In this document: positions 36,101 to 46,062 of the stretch, in pieces
Position numbering within the stretch: the first letter of the stretch is position 1
Layout: each line of letters starts with the position of its first letter
Assembly: GCA_965112155.1 (NCBI GenBank)
Contig: OZ218103.1
DNA length: 64,000 nucleotides
Origin: Podarcis liolepis
Lineage: Eukaryota
Direction: 5' to 3' (one strand)
Notes under the pieces: generated by a model
The model's input: the letters and a program-made list of their open reading frames with translations, nothing else
The model's database searches: none
Told to the model about the DNA's origin: nothing
Position numbers and translations under genes: made by a program

Positions 36101-39100
36101 CTGTTGATCCTTCTGGAAAGATGATGTTACGTGGTTGTTCTTCAAAGATTGGCCCATAGTTTCTTAGAGTACTCTCTGCTGGCTGCAACACTGCATGAGA
36201 AGGTGAAAGAAATCTGAAATGCTCAGACTGAGTACAGAACAGAAGCAGTAGGAAACATTTAATCAAAATGACAGCTGCTGCGAACTCTCCAACTTCAGCA
36301 TTCCACTAAACAGAAAGAGGTGTTGTGATGCTCAAAACCTTGCAAAACTGTATTTCAGCATCCTGCTTCCTCTGCTTTGTATTTCCTATCATTCAGACGA
36401 TCACAGCAAGCACAGGCCCTTTGCAGTGGTGGCCTCATGTCAACAGAACTCAATCTCAAAGGATGCACATAAGCTCTTTCAAAAGAGGCCTCCAATAAGT
36501 TTTTATATTGATCTGCTTTTTGTTAAAGACACTGGGGAAAGTTTTAAATGGTTGCTGTTCTCGATGTCAAATAATGCTAAACTTCAATTTGTTTTCTCTG
36601 TATTGCTGAATTGATCTGGAGGTATTACCGGTATATACTGCTCTTTAATGCAACATTTCACGTGTTTTTTATATGTTATGTGGTTGTCATGATGCTAATG
36701 ATGCTGGTTGTGTATTATCTTAAGAGGGCTTTTGTTTTGAAAGGTGGCATAAAAATTCTGAAATAAAATTAAATACTCAACTTTCTTGAATATTGAACTG
36801 ACATAGATTAAATCAACCATTTATAGTGATCCTAAGTTATTTACAATAACCATGTAAAAAATCCTAAAATGCTGGCCGGTTGAGGTTCTTAGTTAGAGTT
36901 GCAAGATCTTCTTCTGAAGATGGGACCCATGCCTATTTGCTGAGGCAAGATGCAAGAGCTTGTCTCAGGATGGACCATAGCTCAGCAACAGAACATCTGT
37001 TTCACACGCAGCAAGTCCCAGGTTTAATCCCCAGTATCTCCAGGTAGGGCCAGAAGATATTCCTATCCCAAACTCTGGAGTGCATCTGCTAGAAAGCTGA
37101 GATACACCTGAGCTAAATGGACTGATGAACAAGATGGAGCCATGCTCTGACTTGGCACAAGGCACATTCATCAATTCCAGCTGCTGACACAACATTAGAC
37201 TTGCTTCTGTGCACATCTGAATTTTCAGCTGCTAAGTCAGAAAGAAGCCAGGATTACCCATGACTGAGGTATAGGATGTGAGTTGCCTTTTCATATTATA
37301 TCTGCCTTCGCTCATGTTAATTCTCCCCACCCACCAGTTTTTAGTAATCAAAATATATCACAAAAAGAAGCTGTTCATCCATCTTTGTTTCAATGTGAAC
37401 GGTTATGACAGGCATATTGCTGCGTCACAATGCTTTGCGGCTCCTCAAAACGAAATCTATTTCAGAACCGCCCAGCTTTCAATCATCAGCAAAGCTGTAG
37501 TAGCCGGGGTGGTGAAACAGAAACTCTGTGCTGCATCCCTGACTCATTGCCATTATCTTGAAAGCGCCTGTTCTGCCACTTGAAACCAATTCCCAGCCCT
37601 AGCTAGTCTGTTTCATTATGTGATGAGATTAGAGCTCTATGAAGCCAGTAGGCTGGCGGGAGGCTCCCAAGTGGTTTAGAATGGAGTTAATCGCCATCCC
37701 ACCAGTTAGTCCTCTCCTCCTTTGTTGCTATGGACAGGATGGCATTGTTTCAAACTTGCTGTTCTCACAAGCACCATATTTTATGCAACAGCGGCTTCCG
37801 ACCGGGGGAAAGACCAGCAGGACAAAAGTTCAGGTTCACCAACCCCTTGACTTGGAGATCTCTTATTTTATGTCTGGGCTGTTTCAGTTTATGCACAGGA
37901 AAAGGGGGGGGGGACACACTAACCTAGTTTCAGCAGCTGCCTAGACATTAGCCAATTATACATCGCAGCCACCTCATGCAGTGCTAAGCTAAGCCAGTTA
38001 TTTTATTATGTGTAGCTAGCAGGGACCGATCCATGATGGGCCACATCTCCCGCTTTGCTTAAATGTTCCTTCCAGGCTTTGGGAAGAAAGGAGTTTATCC
38101 TTATGGGTTGGTCTTTCTAGAGTTGCTGCTGGGGTCACCACTTCAGAATAAAATAGTGGAAATATTATAAGATACCAGCATAGGAAATGGTCTTATACTG
38201 AGTTTGATCACTGGGTCTATCTAGCTTAGCAGTGTCAACACTGACTGGCCGTGTCTCTCTACCTGGAGATGCCAGGAACTGAACCTGGGACCTTTGGCAC
38301 GCAGAGGAGGTGCTCTACTGAGCTGTGTGGCTTCCCTGATATGGACACTGTGGCTAACAGATTCAGCGAGGTCTGGCATACTGCGCCTTGAGAAATATGC
38401 CCGCAGTTGAAAAACGAAGCAATGATATCTAAAACGAATCTCCTTTCTCCAGGCTGCCCTGCTCCTCACTCATCTATTTCTGTCATTTGTGAAATCTATT
38501 CCAGAAGGGGATGCTTCAAATAAGCTCACAGGAAAAGGCGGGAGAGGACATTATAGGAGGGTAAATGCCATGTGAATGCAGAACTGCTCCTATGACAAAA
38601 CAAGACTGGGAGGGGAGCCCGATTTTAAGAAGGTGGAAGTGGAAAACTGCCCCTCGGCTTATCTCCCCACAAGCAGTATTTCCCTCAGCAGAGAGCCAAT
38701 ACTAGAAGTAACTTTAGGAACAGGGAGCAGTGCTGAATTAAACCTTGTGGGGGGCCCTAGGCAGTCAAATTATCAGGGGGGAGGGGGCTCGCTATGATGT
38801 AGGTTTCTGAGTCAATGGGGATTTCTCTTCCAAATTCAAATTATTGCAAGATCAAATCAATATCATTTTGATCCGTTGTTGCGGGGCTCCTAAAAGGCAT
38901 GGGGTCCATGGGCCAGTCCCTACTCTGTCTATTTGGTAATCCAGCCCTGTTAGGGAGAGGGAAAATGGTGAAACAAGCTGTGGGAAAGGGAGACTTCTCT
39001 AATTTTCACCCACACTCCTTTTCTGTGGTTAAAATTGGATCCACCCACACCCTAGTCTTCCTATATTCTACATACAGGTGAAACCTACAGAACTGTCACC

Positions 39101-39124
39101 ATCACGTCAAGTTTAGTCCTAAGT

Positions 39125-39171
<47 letters not shown>

Positions 39172-42100
39172 TACATTTGTATACCACCTTTATATTCCAA
39201 GGATCTCAAGGTGGTTTACATGGTTCCCCTCCTCCCCTTTTCATCCTCACAACAACCCTGTGAGGTAGGTTAGGCTAAGAGATGGTGACTGACCTATGAC
39301 CACCCAGTGAGCTTCATGACCGAGTGAGGATTCGAACCCTGGTCTCCCAGGTCACAGTTCAGCATTCTAACCATTACGTCACACCGTTGTCAGTTCCACA
39401 TTCAATGCATATTTAAAGCACATGGCTTTCAACAAATAGGCACCATAGTTTACCTCTCATAGAGCTACAGTTCCCAGGATTACTTGAGGGAAAGCCATGT
39501 GCTTTGTGCATGTCAGTTGTGCTTTAATTGTATGGTGTGGATGTGACCAAACAAAAAGGGGTTTGTTGATAGAAGAGAATACATCTGCAAGTATGCCAAT
39601 AATGGGCTCCCCACTACCTTTTTTCTGTGGTGGTGGGGGTACTTCGGAAACATCCAAACATCCATACACCACTTGTGCTGAGAACAAATAACACTGGATT
39701 AATTGAAAACAGCAAAAAGATAAAACAATAATAGTGACCAAAGGCTCATTTGCTCCTACTTGAGCCTGGGAAGAGGTATGTTTATCCCGTCTCAGCTGGA
39801 AGTGGCTTTGTCCTTGACACTGAGGGGCAGCCGAACAATAAGGATGCAATATTGACTTAAGGAAGATTGTAATCTGCTAATGACATTCCAGTATCTAAAA
39901 GCAGATGTACTTAAAGCTCAGAGTCATCTGTGGGGCGGGTGGTAGCCGGGGAGGGGGGTGGAAGGGGAGAAAGGGACAGGATTCACGGAGGGTACTCAAA
40001 ACGCAATAAATAATTCATGATAATTGCAAGATATTTTGCGCTCAAAAGCCCTGTTTGTTAGACCTCAAGCTCCTGGTTCCAAAGATCAGGGGAGTGTGTG
40101 TGTTTTTTTTAAAAAAAGAAGATTGCAGAAGCAAAATCTGGCTAATCTGCCATTTTAATTCTGCCCAAACTCTGTCTTCCCTGGCCATGTCTCCTGCTGC
40201 CCTCGTCATACGTCTGTGCAAGGGCCGTGGAGTACAAGCTGTCAGGTATTGATCTTGGAGCATGCAAGAAGATCGGCCAAGTCTGCCCACCTGAGATTTC
40301 AAGGTGTCTGGGTGAAACAACAACATGTGATTCGAAAAGAAGGTGGGTGCCGGTGTGATGGAAGGGCAGCCTGTGTTTGCAAGACCCGCGACAGGTCCTA
40401 GGGGAGGAAATGCAGAGGCAACGTAATATAAAATTCTCATGGCCAGTGTGTTGCCTTTTCCAGTTATCACATCTACTGTGTTGACTGGAGCATGGCTGGA
40501 GCAGCTGGGCGTGAGCTACTGGAGGACCACATCATGCCACCAGTGGCAAAGAGAGAGAAAGATTGATAGGACAGCCAGTACAAGAGACTGTGAAATCCTG
40601 TGCCATTCAGCAGTAGCTTGATGCTCAGTAAAACAAACAAACCAAAAAAAAACACCAGGTAATAAACAACTACCCATTGTTTGTGTGAAAACCTTTAGTT
40701 TAGTTGCTCATTCTTGTATATTATCAACGCACTATAAAGGCAGAGTTGTAGAGACTGGGTGAAAAACTGGCAAGCCTACCAGCAGCCTGCTTTTGGGGGA
40801 AGCTGTAGCTCTGAGGAAGCTATATGAAGCTCTCTTCCTCTGAAAGGAAAGGGGCACCATCATTCATGCAGCAGCTCCATCACATTGATGTCTACCAGTT
40901 GGCTCTTTGTGGCTCAGACAGCATTTAGTACTCATAAGCAGATCCATTTTTTTGAAATATTGGATTATTCAAACCTATGTATAGCCTATGAAGTCAGAAA
41001 TAACAGGCAGAATAAATTCAGCTACTGCTCAGACTGGCTTAAAGTTCCAAGATGAACACAAAGCAGTAAATACAGAGCTTAAGACTTATGCAGCCTTACA
41101 AGGGAGTAAAGGGCCTTACTTCTGAGTAAACTCATTCGGAAGTGTGTTGTAAGATTGCACTCCTAAGCACACTGATTTGGGAGTAAGCACCATAGAATAC
41201 AGTGCAGTTTACCTCTGTGTAAACATACATAGGATTGTGCTGTATGCACCTGTCCTTTCCTGAATTTTTGCATATGAAAAGAGAAGGTAGACATGGCTTG
41301 TAAGAAAACCAGAACAGATCTAAAGAGAAGCTCTCACAATGATGGTCAAATCTTCAGCCAGTAACACTGTGATGTTTCTGAGGCTTCTTCTTCAGAGCTA
41401 TTTCTAGACTCCTTTGAACAATTATCTTGCACTTGGTTTACCATAAAATCTTATCACTGCATTACACAAGAGCTTCAGTCCTCCCTAGCCGAGGTTTGCC
41501 AGTATTGTACAACAAAACAGAGGCGTAAAGGATTTTGTCTAAGGTTTGCAACAATGCTTTCTAAAGCTCTAAACACAGAAGAACAGGCAAGCCTATCAAT
41601 TTATAGTCACTATCAATTTATAGAACAATTCAACTCCTATTTCCTCAACTCTGGCTGTGTGAGAGTTTGAGAGTGGGGAGGCAACTGGAGCTCCTTGTTC
41701 CACTGCCCAAGGAAAACCTAGCCAAAATATTGGTTTTCCTTTCTGAAAAGGCAGTCTTAATTTGGGATACCAAGCTCTAGATATTTTCTCAAATATCGAC
41801 GATAAATCTTAAGCCAACACCATTTTGGGATGAAGCCATTTCCGACCGTCTTTCATCCTGGTTCCTGGTTCATGCTCACAGTGAGAAATTTCCACCCATC
41901 CAGCCATCGTTATACTGATCTTTTTTGTCATATGTTAACAGCCATTAGGAAATGCTCCTGTAGGGCTTTGTAGATGACTTATTCCTTATGGTCTCTGCTT
42001 GAGCACATACAAGAAAGTCTTCTAAATTCAGCTGGTTAACAGCAAAACCTAGCGTTGCCTTGATGTCGCCAACATATGTGGGTCAGACCAGTTTCCACAC

Positions 42101-44143
42101 AGGCTAATTGCCTCCTGAACTAGGCCAGCCACCTTCCCAAGAGACTCAGGCAACATTAAAAGGTAATTAGATATTTATAAAGGACATCGAAGCAGCCTCT
42201 CCCCAAGATGATGAATTAGCTCCAAGTCATTATCTAATTCTCAGCCATCTGAAATGAAAAGCCTTCCCACTGAGAGATCAACCTTTTAAAGTGTAGCCGG
42301 AGACATCTAAGAAACAGCAATAGTTTGGATGGAACGGAAAATGGAGATTTGTGCATTAAGGTGAAGGATGGACTGCCGCAGCAAATGGGTCAATGATAAT
42401 GGCATAGAACCAGCTCAGTGAGCAAGAAGATGGTCCAGAGATGATGTTCAAATAGTAGGGGCATGTTTTGGTTCTGTGTGTACCCCAAATTAAGAGGTGA
42501 ATCGGTGTGATTCGGGGAAGGCCCCCACATTTCTGAGGCAAAAGTGCAGCTCCTAAGGCGCATTCTAAGTTTCTGAGTTGCTCTGTGGCCTCAGCTCTCC
42601 AAAAATACACGGCTGGTTCCCTGCCTGGAGAAATAAAACCAAGCTTATTGGGGAAATGCCCAGAGCTCTAGAAGGGGATAAAGTGGAGAAGTAATGGTTG
42701 GGGAATCTTTTGCTTGATGGACAGGGCTAGCTTTTAATCAGAGTGAATTGTTTTCCCAGGGCACTCCAATCACAGTGATTTGGAGCAACAATTAAAAACT
42801 GCATACCCACCAACATGTCAAGGCCGAAAACTGGGACTCACATGAGGTTTTAGAGTGCTGTGCAGCCCCCCAAAACAGGGTGTCCCAATTTAATTGGGAC
42901 AGTTGAGGGGTATGAAACTGCATTTGTCTTTCATGTGGATCTATGCCTTCCCTGTGGAAGTCAATGGAGATATCACAAAGATCCATCACGGGGGCAGATG
43001 CCCACCCCCGGCATTGATTCTTGGGATAACAAGATTCTTGCTTGGGGCATGAAACTTTCCCTACGCATATTTCCTGTCCCGTCCCTCCTGCCCTTCTCCC
43101 GTGCAAGACAATGCAAATATATTTCTATCTTGCAGGGAGACAAGGTTGTATCCCCCCGCCAACTGGGGAGGATAATGGCAAAAGCCTTGCCCTCAACATT
43201 GTTCCTTGGGTAACNNNNNNNNNNNNNNNNNNNNNNNNNNNNNNNNNNNNNNNNNNNNNNNNNNNNNNNNNNNNNNNNNNNNNNNNNNNNNNNNNNNNNN
43301 NNNNNNNNNNNNNNNNNNNNNNNNNNNNNNNNNNNNNNNNNNNNNNNNNNNNNNNNNNNNNNNNNNAAGTTTGCCCTTGCAGGAGAAGCAGACATGCATT
43401 GTAGCATGTCTACAAAGGGACGTTTTAAATGCTTGACATTTTACTGTGCCTTTATATTTTTTTGGAAGCTGCCCAGAGTGGGGCAACCCAGGCAGATAGG
43501 TGGGGTATAACAACAACAACAATAATTTTCCCCTGTGGTATTGGAACCTGGAGCACAGTTTTAAGCAAAGACTAGATAGAAACAGGTAAGAATTTTTAAA
43601 AATACACAGGCAAATTCTGGGGCCTGTGCATCCCCTATCACATACATTGAACATATTGTAAAATGCAACATGCCTTGGTTCACTGGCTTGGTTCCCCTAA
43701 TTCAGGTGGGAACCCAGTGGCTATCAAATATTGTTGGGCTCCAATTCTCACCATCCAATCAATGATCAGGGATGATGGGAGCTGGAGCCCAGCAGTATCT
43801 GAAGGACTCTCGGCTCCCCACCTCTGCCCTAAGCAGTGCATCAAGATGTCATTATCCACTTGCACAATAAATGCGGCCGTCAAATAAACTCCACACTGCA
43901 AATATATATAAACCAAATTACATTTACACAACATATATGGTCAACGATAGAATTCATGTTAGCAGATAATTTCATGTTCTGAATTTTAGTTGAGAGTATG
44001 AACAGGATTGTTACTTCACCGGCTTTAGTCTCCAGGCTCAGCCTAAAGCTGGTCCTGACCTTTGAGCCAAGATGGAGGAAGCTCTTACCTGTAAAAGAGA
44101 CGACGGCTAATGAAAACAAGACAAGCTCCACAGATGCTCCCAT
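9880..44143 (-). CDS. CNTN2: Contactin-2 (TAG-1/axonin-1), complete spliced CDS, 22 coding exons, 1036 aa, GPI-anchored 6 Ig + 4 FN3 neural adhesion molecule
   Basis: Exons joined at GT-AG sites give an open 3111-nt frame from [38 protein letters not shown] to [36 protein letters not shown], strongly resembling chicken axonin-1 and mammalian CNTN2. Confidence 0.97.
12217..12385 (-). CDS. CNTN2: CNTN2 exon 22 (FN3-4)
   Basis: [23 protein letters not shown]...[23 protein letters not shown]; 169 nt; donor G|gtgcgt. Confidence 0.94.
13083..13195 (-). CDS. CNTN2: CNTN2 exon 21 (FN3-4)
   Basis: [37 protein letters not shown]; 113 nt. Confidence 0.95.
13403..13727. mobile_element. Palindromic hAT MITE interrupted by a second hAT MITE
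   Basis: TIRs CAGGCACAGGCAAACTC / GAGCTTGCCTATGCC(TG); 8-bp TSD TTCTAGCC at 13395-13402 and 13728-13735. Confidence 0.9.
13537..13717. mobile_element. GC-rich hAT MITE nested in the TIR of the host MITE
   Basis: Ends CACTGGTGGAG and CTCTGCCACTG; 8-bp TSD CCTATGCC; homologous to 45839-46062. Confidence 0.88.
13740..13924 (+). mobile_element. Squam3-like tRNA-derived SINE
   Basis: GGGCTGTAGTTCAGTGGCAGAGCAT head, B-box-like GTTCAACCCC, body GCTGCCAGTCAGTG...CTAGATGGACCA...AGTATAAGGCA; family name assigned from memory. Confidence 0.75.
14762..14948 (-). CDS. CNTN2: CNTN2 exon 20 (FN3-3)
   Basis: [21 protein letters not shown]...[22 protein letters not shown]; 187 nt. Confidence 0.96.
15187..15302 (-). 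CDS. CNTN2: CNTN2 exon 19 (FN3-3)
   Basis: [39 protein letters not shown]; 116 nt. Confidence 0.95.
15542..15776 (-). CDS. CNTN2: CNTN2 exon 18 (FN3-2)
   Basis: [19 protein letters not shown]...[31 protein letters not shown]; 235 nt. Confidence 0.96.
15975..16272 (+). mobile_element. L1-like LINE 3' end with poly(A) tail
   Basis: AT-rich body ending in AATAAAAAAAAATTAAGAAAAGAAAAG; possible TSD AAGTACT. Confidence 0.45.
17160..17230 (-). CDS. CNTN2: CNTN2 exon 17 (FN3-2)
   Basis: [24 protein letters not shown]; 71 nt; cag| and |gtaag. Confidence 0.94.
18003..18152 (-). CDS. CNTN2: CNTN2 exon 16 (FN3-1)
   Basis: [49 protein letters not shown]; 150 nt. Confidence 0.96.
18268..18426 (-). CDS. 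CNTN2: CNTN2 exon 15 (FN3-1)
   Basis: [36 protein letters not shown]...; 159 nt. Confidence 0.96.
19325..19445 (-). CDS. CNTN2: CNTN2 exon 14 (Ig6)
   Basis: [40 protein letters not shown]; 121 nt. Confidence 0.95.
19679..19854 (-). CDS. CNTN2: CNTN2 exon 13 (Ig6)
   Basis: [38 protein letters not shown]...; 176 nt. Confidence 0.95.
20691..20818 (-). CDS. CNTN2: CNTN2 exon 12 (Ig5)
   Basis: [42 protein letters not shown]; 128 nt. Confidence 0.95.
22006..22156 (-). CDS. CNTN2: CNTN2 exon 11 (Ig5)
   Basis: [49 protein letters not shown]; 151 nt. Confidence 0.95.
23313..23442 (-). CDS. CNTN2: CNTN2 exon 10 (Ig4)
   Basis: [43 protein letters not shown]; 130 nt. Confidence 0.95.
24776..25240 (-). 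mobile_element. L2/CR1-clade LINE reverse transcriptase fragment (degenerate)
   Basis: Translation VKPLFKK...SVSNLPFLG...[25 protein letters not shown] matches the RT motifs [12 protein letters not shown] and QSGFRPGFGTETAL. Confidence 0.85.
26296..26445 (-). mobile_element. Squam3-like SINE
   Basis: Reverse-complement similarity to 13740-13924. Confidence 0.7.
26666..26802 (-). CDS. CNTN2: CNTN2 exon 9 (Ig4)
   Basis: [46 protein letters not shown]; 137 nt. Confidence 0.95.
27310..27485 (-). CDS. CNTN2: CNTN2 exon 8 (Ig3)
   Basis: [14 protein letters not shown]...[27 protein letters not shown]; 176 nt. Confidence 0.95.
28485..28584 (-). CDS. CNTN2: CNTN2 exon 7 (Ig3)
   Basis: [34 protein letters not shown]; 100 nt; cag| and |gtgagt. 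Confidence 0.95.
28850..29143 (-). mobile_element. Squam3-like SINE interrupted by a palindromic hAT MITE (about 28881-29016)
   Basis: SINE tail (CCATCTAGCTCAGTG..TCTACAC) and head (CCATTGAGCTACA) separated by a CCAGATGTT...AACATCTGG hairpin element. Confidence 0.75.
29610..29819 (-). CDS. CNTN2: CNTN2 exon 6 (Ig2)
   Basis: [45 protein letters not shown]...; 210 nt; cag| and |gtcagt. Confidence 0.96.
31290..31932 (+). mobile_element. Old CR1 LINE 3' end with a related CR1 3' UTR nested at about 31423-31637
   Basis: ORF2-end sequences TTCAGGACAG..AAAAGAAAGTACTTC and TTAGACAAATTCATGG, plus two copies of the 3' UTR ending in (G)ACTAG..TCCAG..TTATG. Confidence 0.75.
32070..32165 (-). CDS. CNTN2: CNTN2 exon 5 (Ig2)
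   Basis: [32 protein letters not shown]; 96 nt; tag| and |gtaag. Confidence 0.95.
32398..32452. repeat. (TATC)n microsatellite, probably the tail of a minus-strand L2-like fragment
   Basis: Tandem TATC. Confidence 0.95.
33103..33162. repeat. (AAT)n microsatellite
   Basis: About 19 tandem AAT units. Confidence 0.95.
33870..34045 (-). CDS. CNTN2: CNTN2 exon 4 (Ig1)
   Basis: WKMNGTEIK...[24 protein letters not shown]; 176 nt; cag| and |gtaag. Confidence 0.96.
34665..34801. mobile_element. Young palindromic hAT MITE
   Basis: TIR CAGGCATAGGCAAACTCGGCCC / GGGCCGAGTTTGCCTATGCCTG; 8-bp TSD GGTTAAAG/AGTTAAAG. Confidence 0.92.
35012..35132 (-). mobile_element. tRNA-Asn-derived SINE-like element with a CR1-type 3' tail
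   Basis: Minus strand TCTGTGGTGCAATGGATCACTGCGTCTGGCTGTTAATTGGAAGGTTGGTGGTTCGAGGCCACCTGGGGAC resembles tRNA-Asn(GTT), followed by TTCCTGCATTGCAGGGGGTTAGACTAGGTGGCC (CR1 3' UTR-like). Confidence 0.75.
35441..35576. mobile_element. Young palindromic hAT MITE (sister subfamily)
   Basis: TIR CAGGCTTCCTCAA / TTGAGGAAGCCTG; perfect 8-bp TSD AGTTAGAG. Confidence 0.92.
36046..36190 (-). CDS. CNTN2: CNTN2 exon 3 (start of Ig1)
   Basis: [19 protein letters not shown]...[12 protein letters not shown]; cag| and |gtgag; 145 nt. Confidence 0.95.
36968..37165 (+). mobile_element. Squam3-like SINE
   Basis: Head ATAGCTCAG...GTCCCAGGTTTAATCCCCAGTATCTCCAGGTAGGG. Confidence 0.7.
38180..38336 (-). mobile_element. 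Squam3-like SINE (internally deleted)
   Basis: Reverse-complement similarity to 13740-13924. Confidence 0.7.
39127..39385 (-). mobile_element. MIR/CORE-related tRNA SINE with (TTA)n tail
   Basis: B box GGTTCGAATCC; CCTACCTCACAGGGTTGTTGTGAGGAT core; L2-like tail. Confidence 0.85.
43215..43366. other. Assembly gap (152 N) in CNTN2 intron 2
   Basis: Run of N. Confidence 1.
44089..44143 (-). CDS. CNTN2: CNTN2 exon 2 coding part (signal peptide); whole exon 44089-44195
   Basis: Kozak ACAATGG; [18 protein letters not shown]; donor G|gtaaga in phase 1 fits exon 3; acceptor tcttacag upstream of 44195. Confidence 0.88.
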
Positions 44144-45838
44144 TGTAGGCTTCAGAATGTGTTCAACAAACGGAACGGAGGAGGCGAGTGCAATTCTGTA
44201 AGACATGGATGAGTTTACTTGTAACTGGTGAGCAGGATTCAGCCTCACAGAACAGAACTCAAGCTTCCCATTACCTACACTCATTTTAACTACTTAATCT
44301 TCATATCAAATGCAGTTTGAGATCTTTGTGGTTTTTAAGTTTCTGTCATATTTGATTCTGAAGAGGTGCACAGTTTTCTTTATACAAGTTTTTCTGGGAC
44401 CTTTATCTAATTCCTGTGAGTTGATTCTTTTGATGCCAGTCAGTTTCTCTGATTCAGTTCTCTTTGCCAACTTCTCTCATCTTAAACTTCAATAATAAAA
44501 AGCCAGCTGCCTCTCCAGTATCTTCTCTAGCTCCTAAGCTGATTTGTTTATATCCATCATACAAAAAATAATGTCATCTACATATAGATCTGCCCCACTG
44601 TCTCCACAGACATGGGGACACCAGCACAGGTGCAAACAAACCTTGCAGAGCCAACCCCCTCACAAAGGATAGCCTGATTGCTTGCCCTGTCTTGGGAGTG
44701 TGGCCACTTGCCACACTAATAGCTGTGCCTGCCCCACTCTTCAAAAGGAAGGTGCAGGGTTGTGTGTTGCTGGTTGGACCAACATCTTAGCTTGCTCTTA
44801 GACATTTATCCTCTTATGTCCCTGCTGAACCTTGTAACCTGTAGTTTGCCTTATGTACTGATCTGATTTGAGCATTAAAGCTTTTGGCAGAAGTATAGAG
44901 CTGGGAGTTTCAGTTCTTCATTTCGCAGGAAGGGCCAGGACCAGGAACAGCCTACCCATGAGAAGGACTGAGGCAGCTGCCTCAGGTGGTGAAAACGCAT
45001 GAGGTGGCACCCCTCTGGTTGCCCCGCCACTTCCACCACTGGCAGAGAGGTGGTGCCATTTTCTGGCTTCTCACAAGATCTTGCCAGAACCGACTGGTGC
45101 CACTTTGCAGGCACTAGGTAAGGGATGCTTCTGTGGGGATGGCGCAGCAGTGGCACTTTCCCAATGTGCCTCAGGTGACAAAATGGGATGCACCACTTTT
45201 GGCTAGGGCACTTTGGAGGCAGAGCTGGTGTTGCCTCTTGCAAGCAGCCACTATTTTTATTGAGGCAATGCTTTTTCATCTAAGTAATATAGTATTAGCA
45301 CAATGATAAAGAAGTTTAAAATCAATGATAAAAAACCAACAATCAATTGCTGACAACGAAACATTAGAGGCAAGGATGAGGCACAAAGATACACAACAAA
45401 TCATTTAGTATATCAAGATGAATGAAAATCAAGCAACATAACCAAGAAAATGTGAGTAGCAAAAGACCGCAAGGTGGAAATATTACCAACCAGAAGGTGA
45501 ATACATTGGTATTATTTGAGAGTGTTCCCCCACCCTTTCTTGTGTGTCAGTGTTGCCCTGGAATAAATACCAAGTTGAAATGAATGATCCCAGTCTAGAT
45601 GGATCTTTGGCCTCTCTCAGCTGACATGCTAAATTAATGTTTGCTCATTACCTCCCATACTTTCCTTATCTAATCCTTTTGAGAGGGTAGCTCCAGCTGC
45701 CTCCATTTATATGATTGAAACAGGCAATTTTTGGAGCCAAGTAAGGCTGCCATTCTTAAAACACTTACAAAGGAGTTCAGCTCCACTGAACATACTGAGA
45801 CTTACTTCCAAGTAAACAGGGATATATGATCCTTGTGG

Positions 45839-46062
45839 CAGTGGTGGAGCTTCATGCTCCGGCACCAGGGGAGCGGAGAGCAGGCGGGGGTGTAGCTGGC
45901 GCGCATCCTGGGGGCATGGTGTGCTGCCTGCAGGGACGTGGTGTGCGTCCTGGGGGCGTGGCGCCCAGTGCGGGTGGGGTGGGGGCAGCCACAATGGCAC
46001 CCCACTGGGATCACGCTGCCGGGGGCAGTGCGCTCCCCCGCACTCCTCTTCCTCCGCCAGTG
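45839..46062. mobile_element. GC-rich hAT MITE
   Basis: Ends CAGTGGTGGAG and CTCCGCCAGTG; perfect 8-bp TSD CCTTGTGG; inverted homologue of 13537-13717. Confidence 0.9.

Noticed and set aside
42973-43654. ORFs spanning the N run
   Set aside because: Artefacts of the assembly gap
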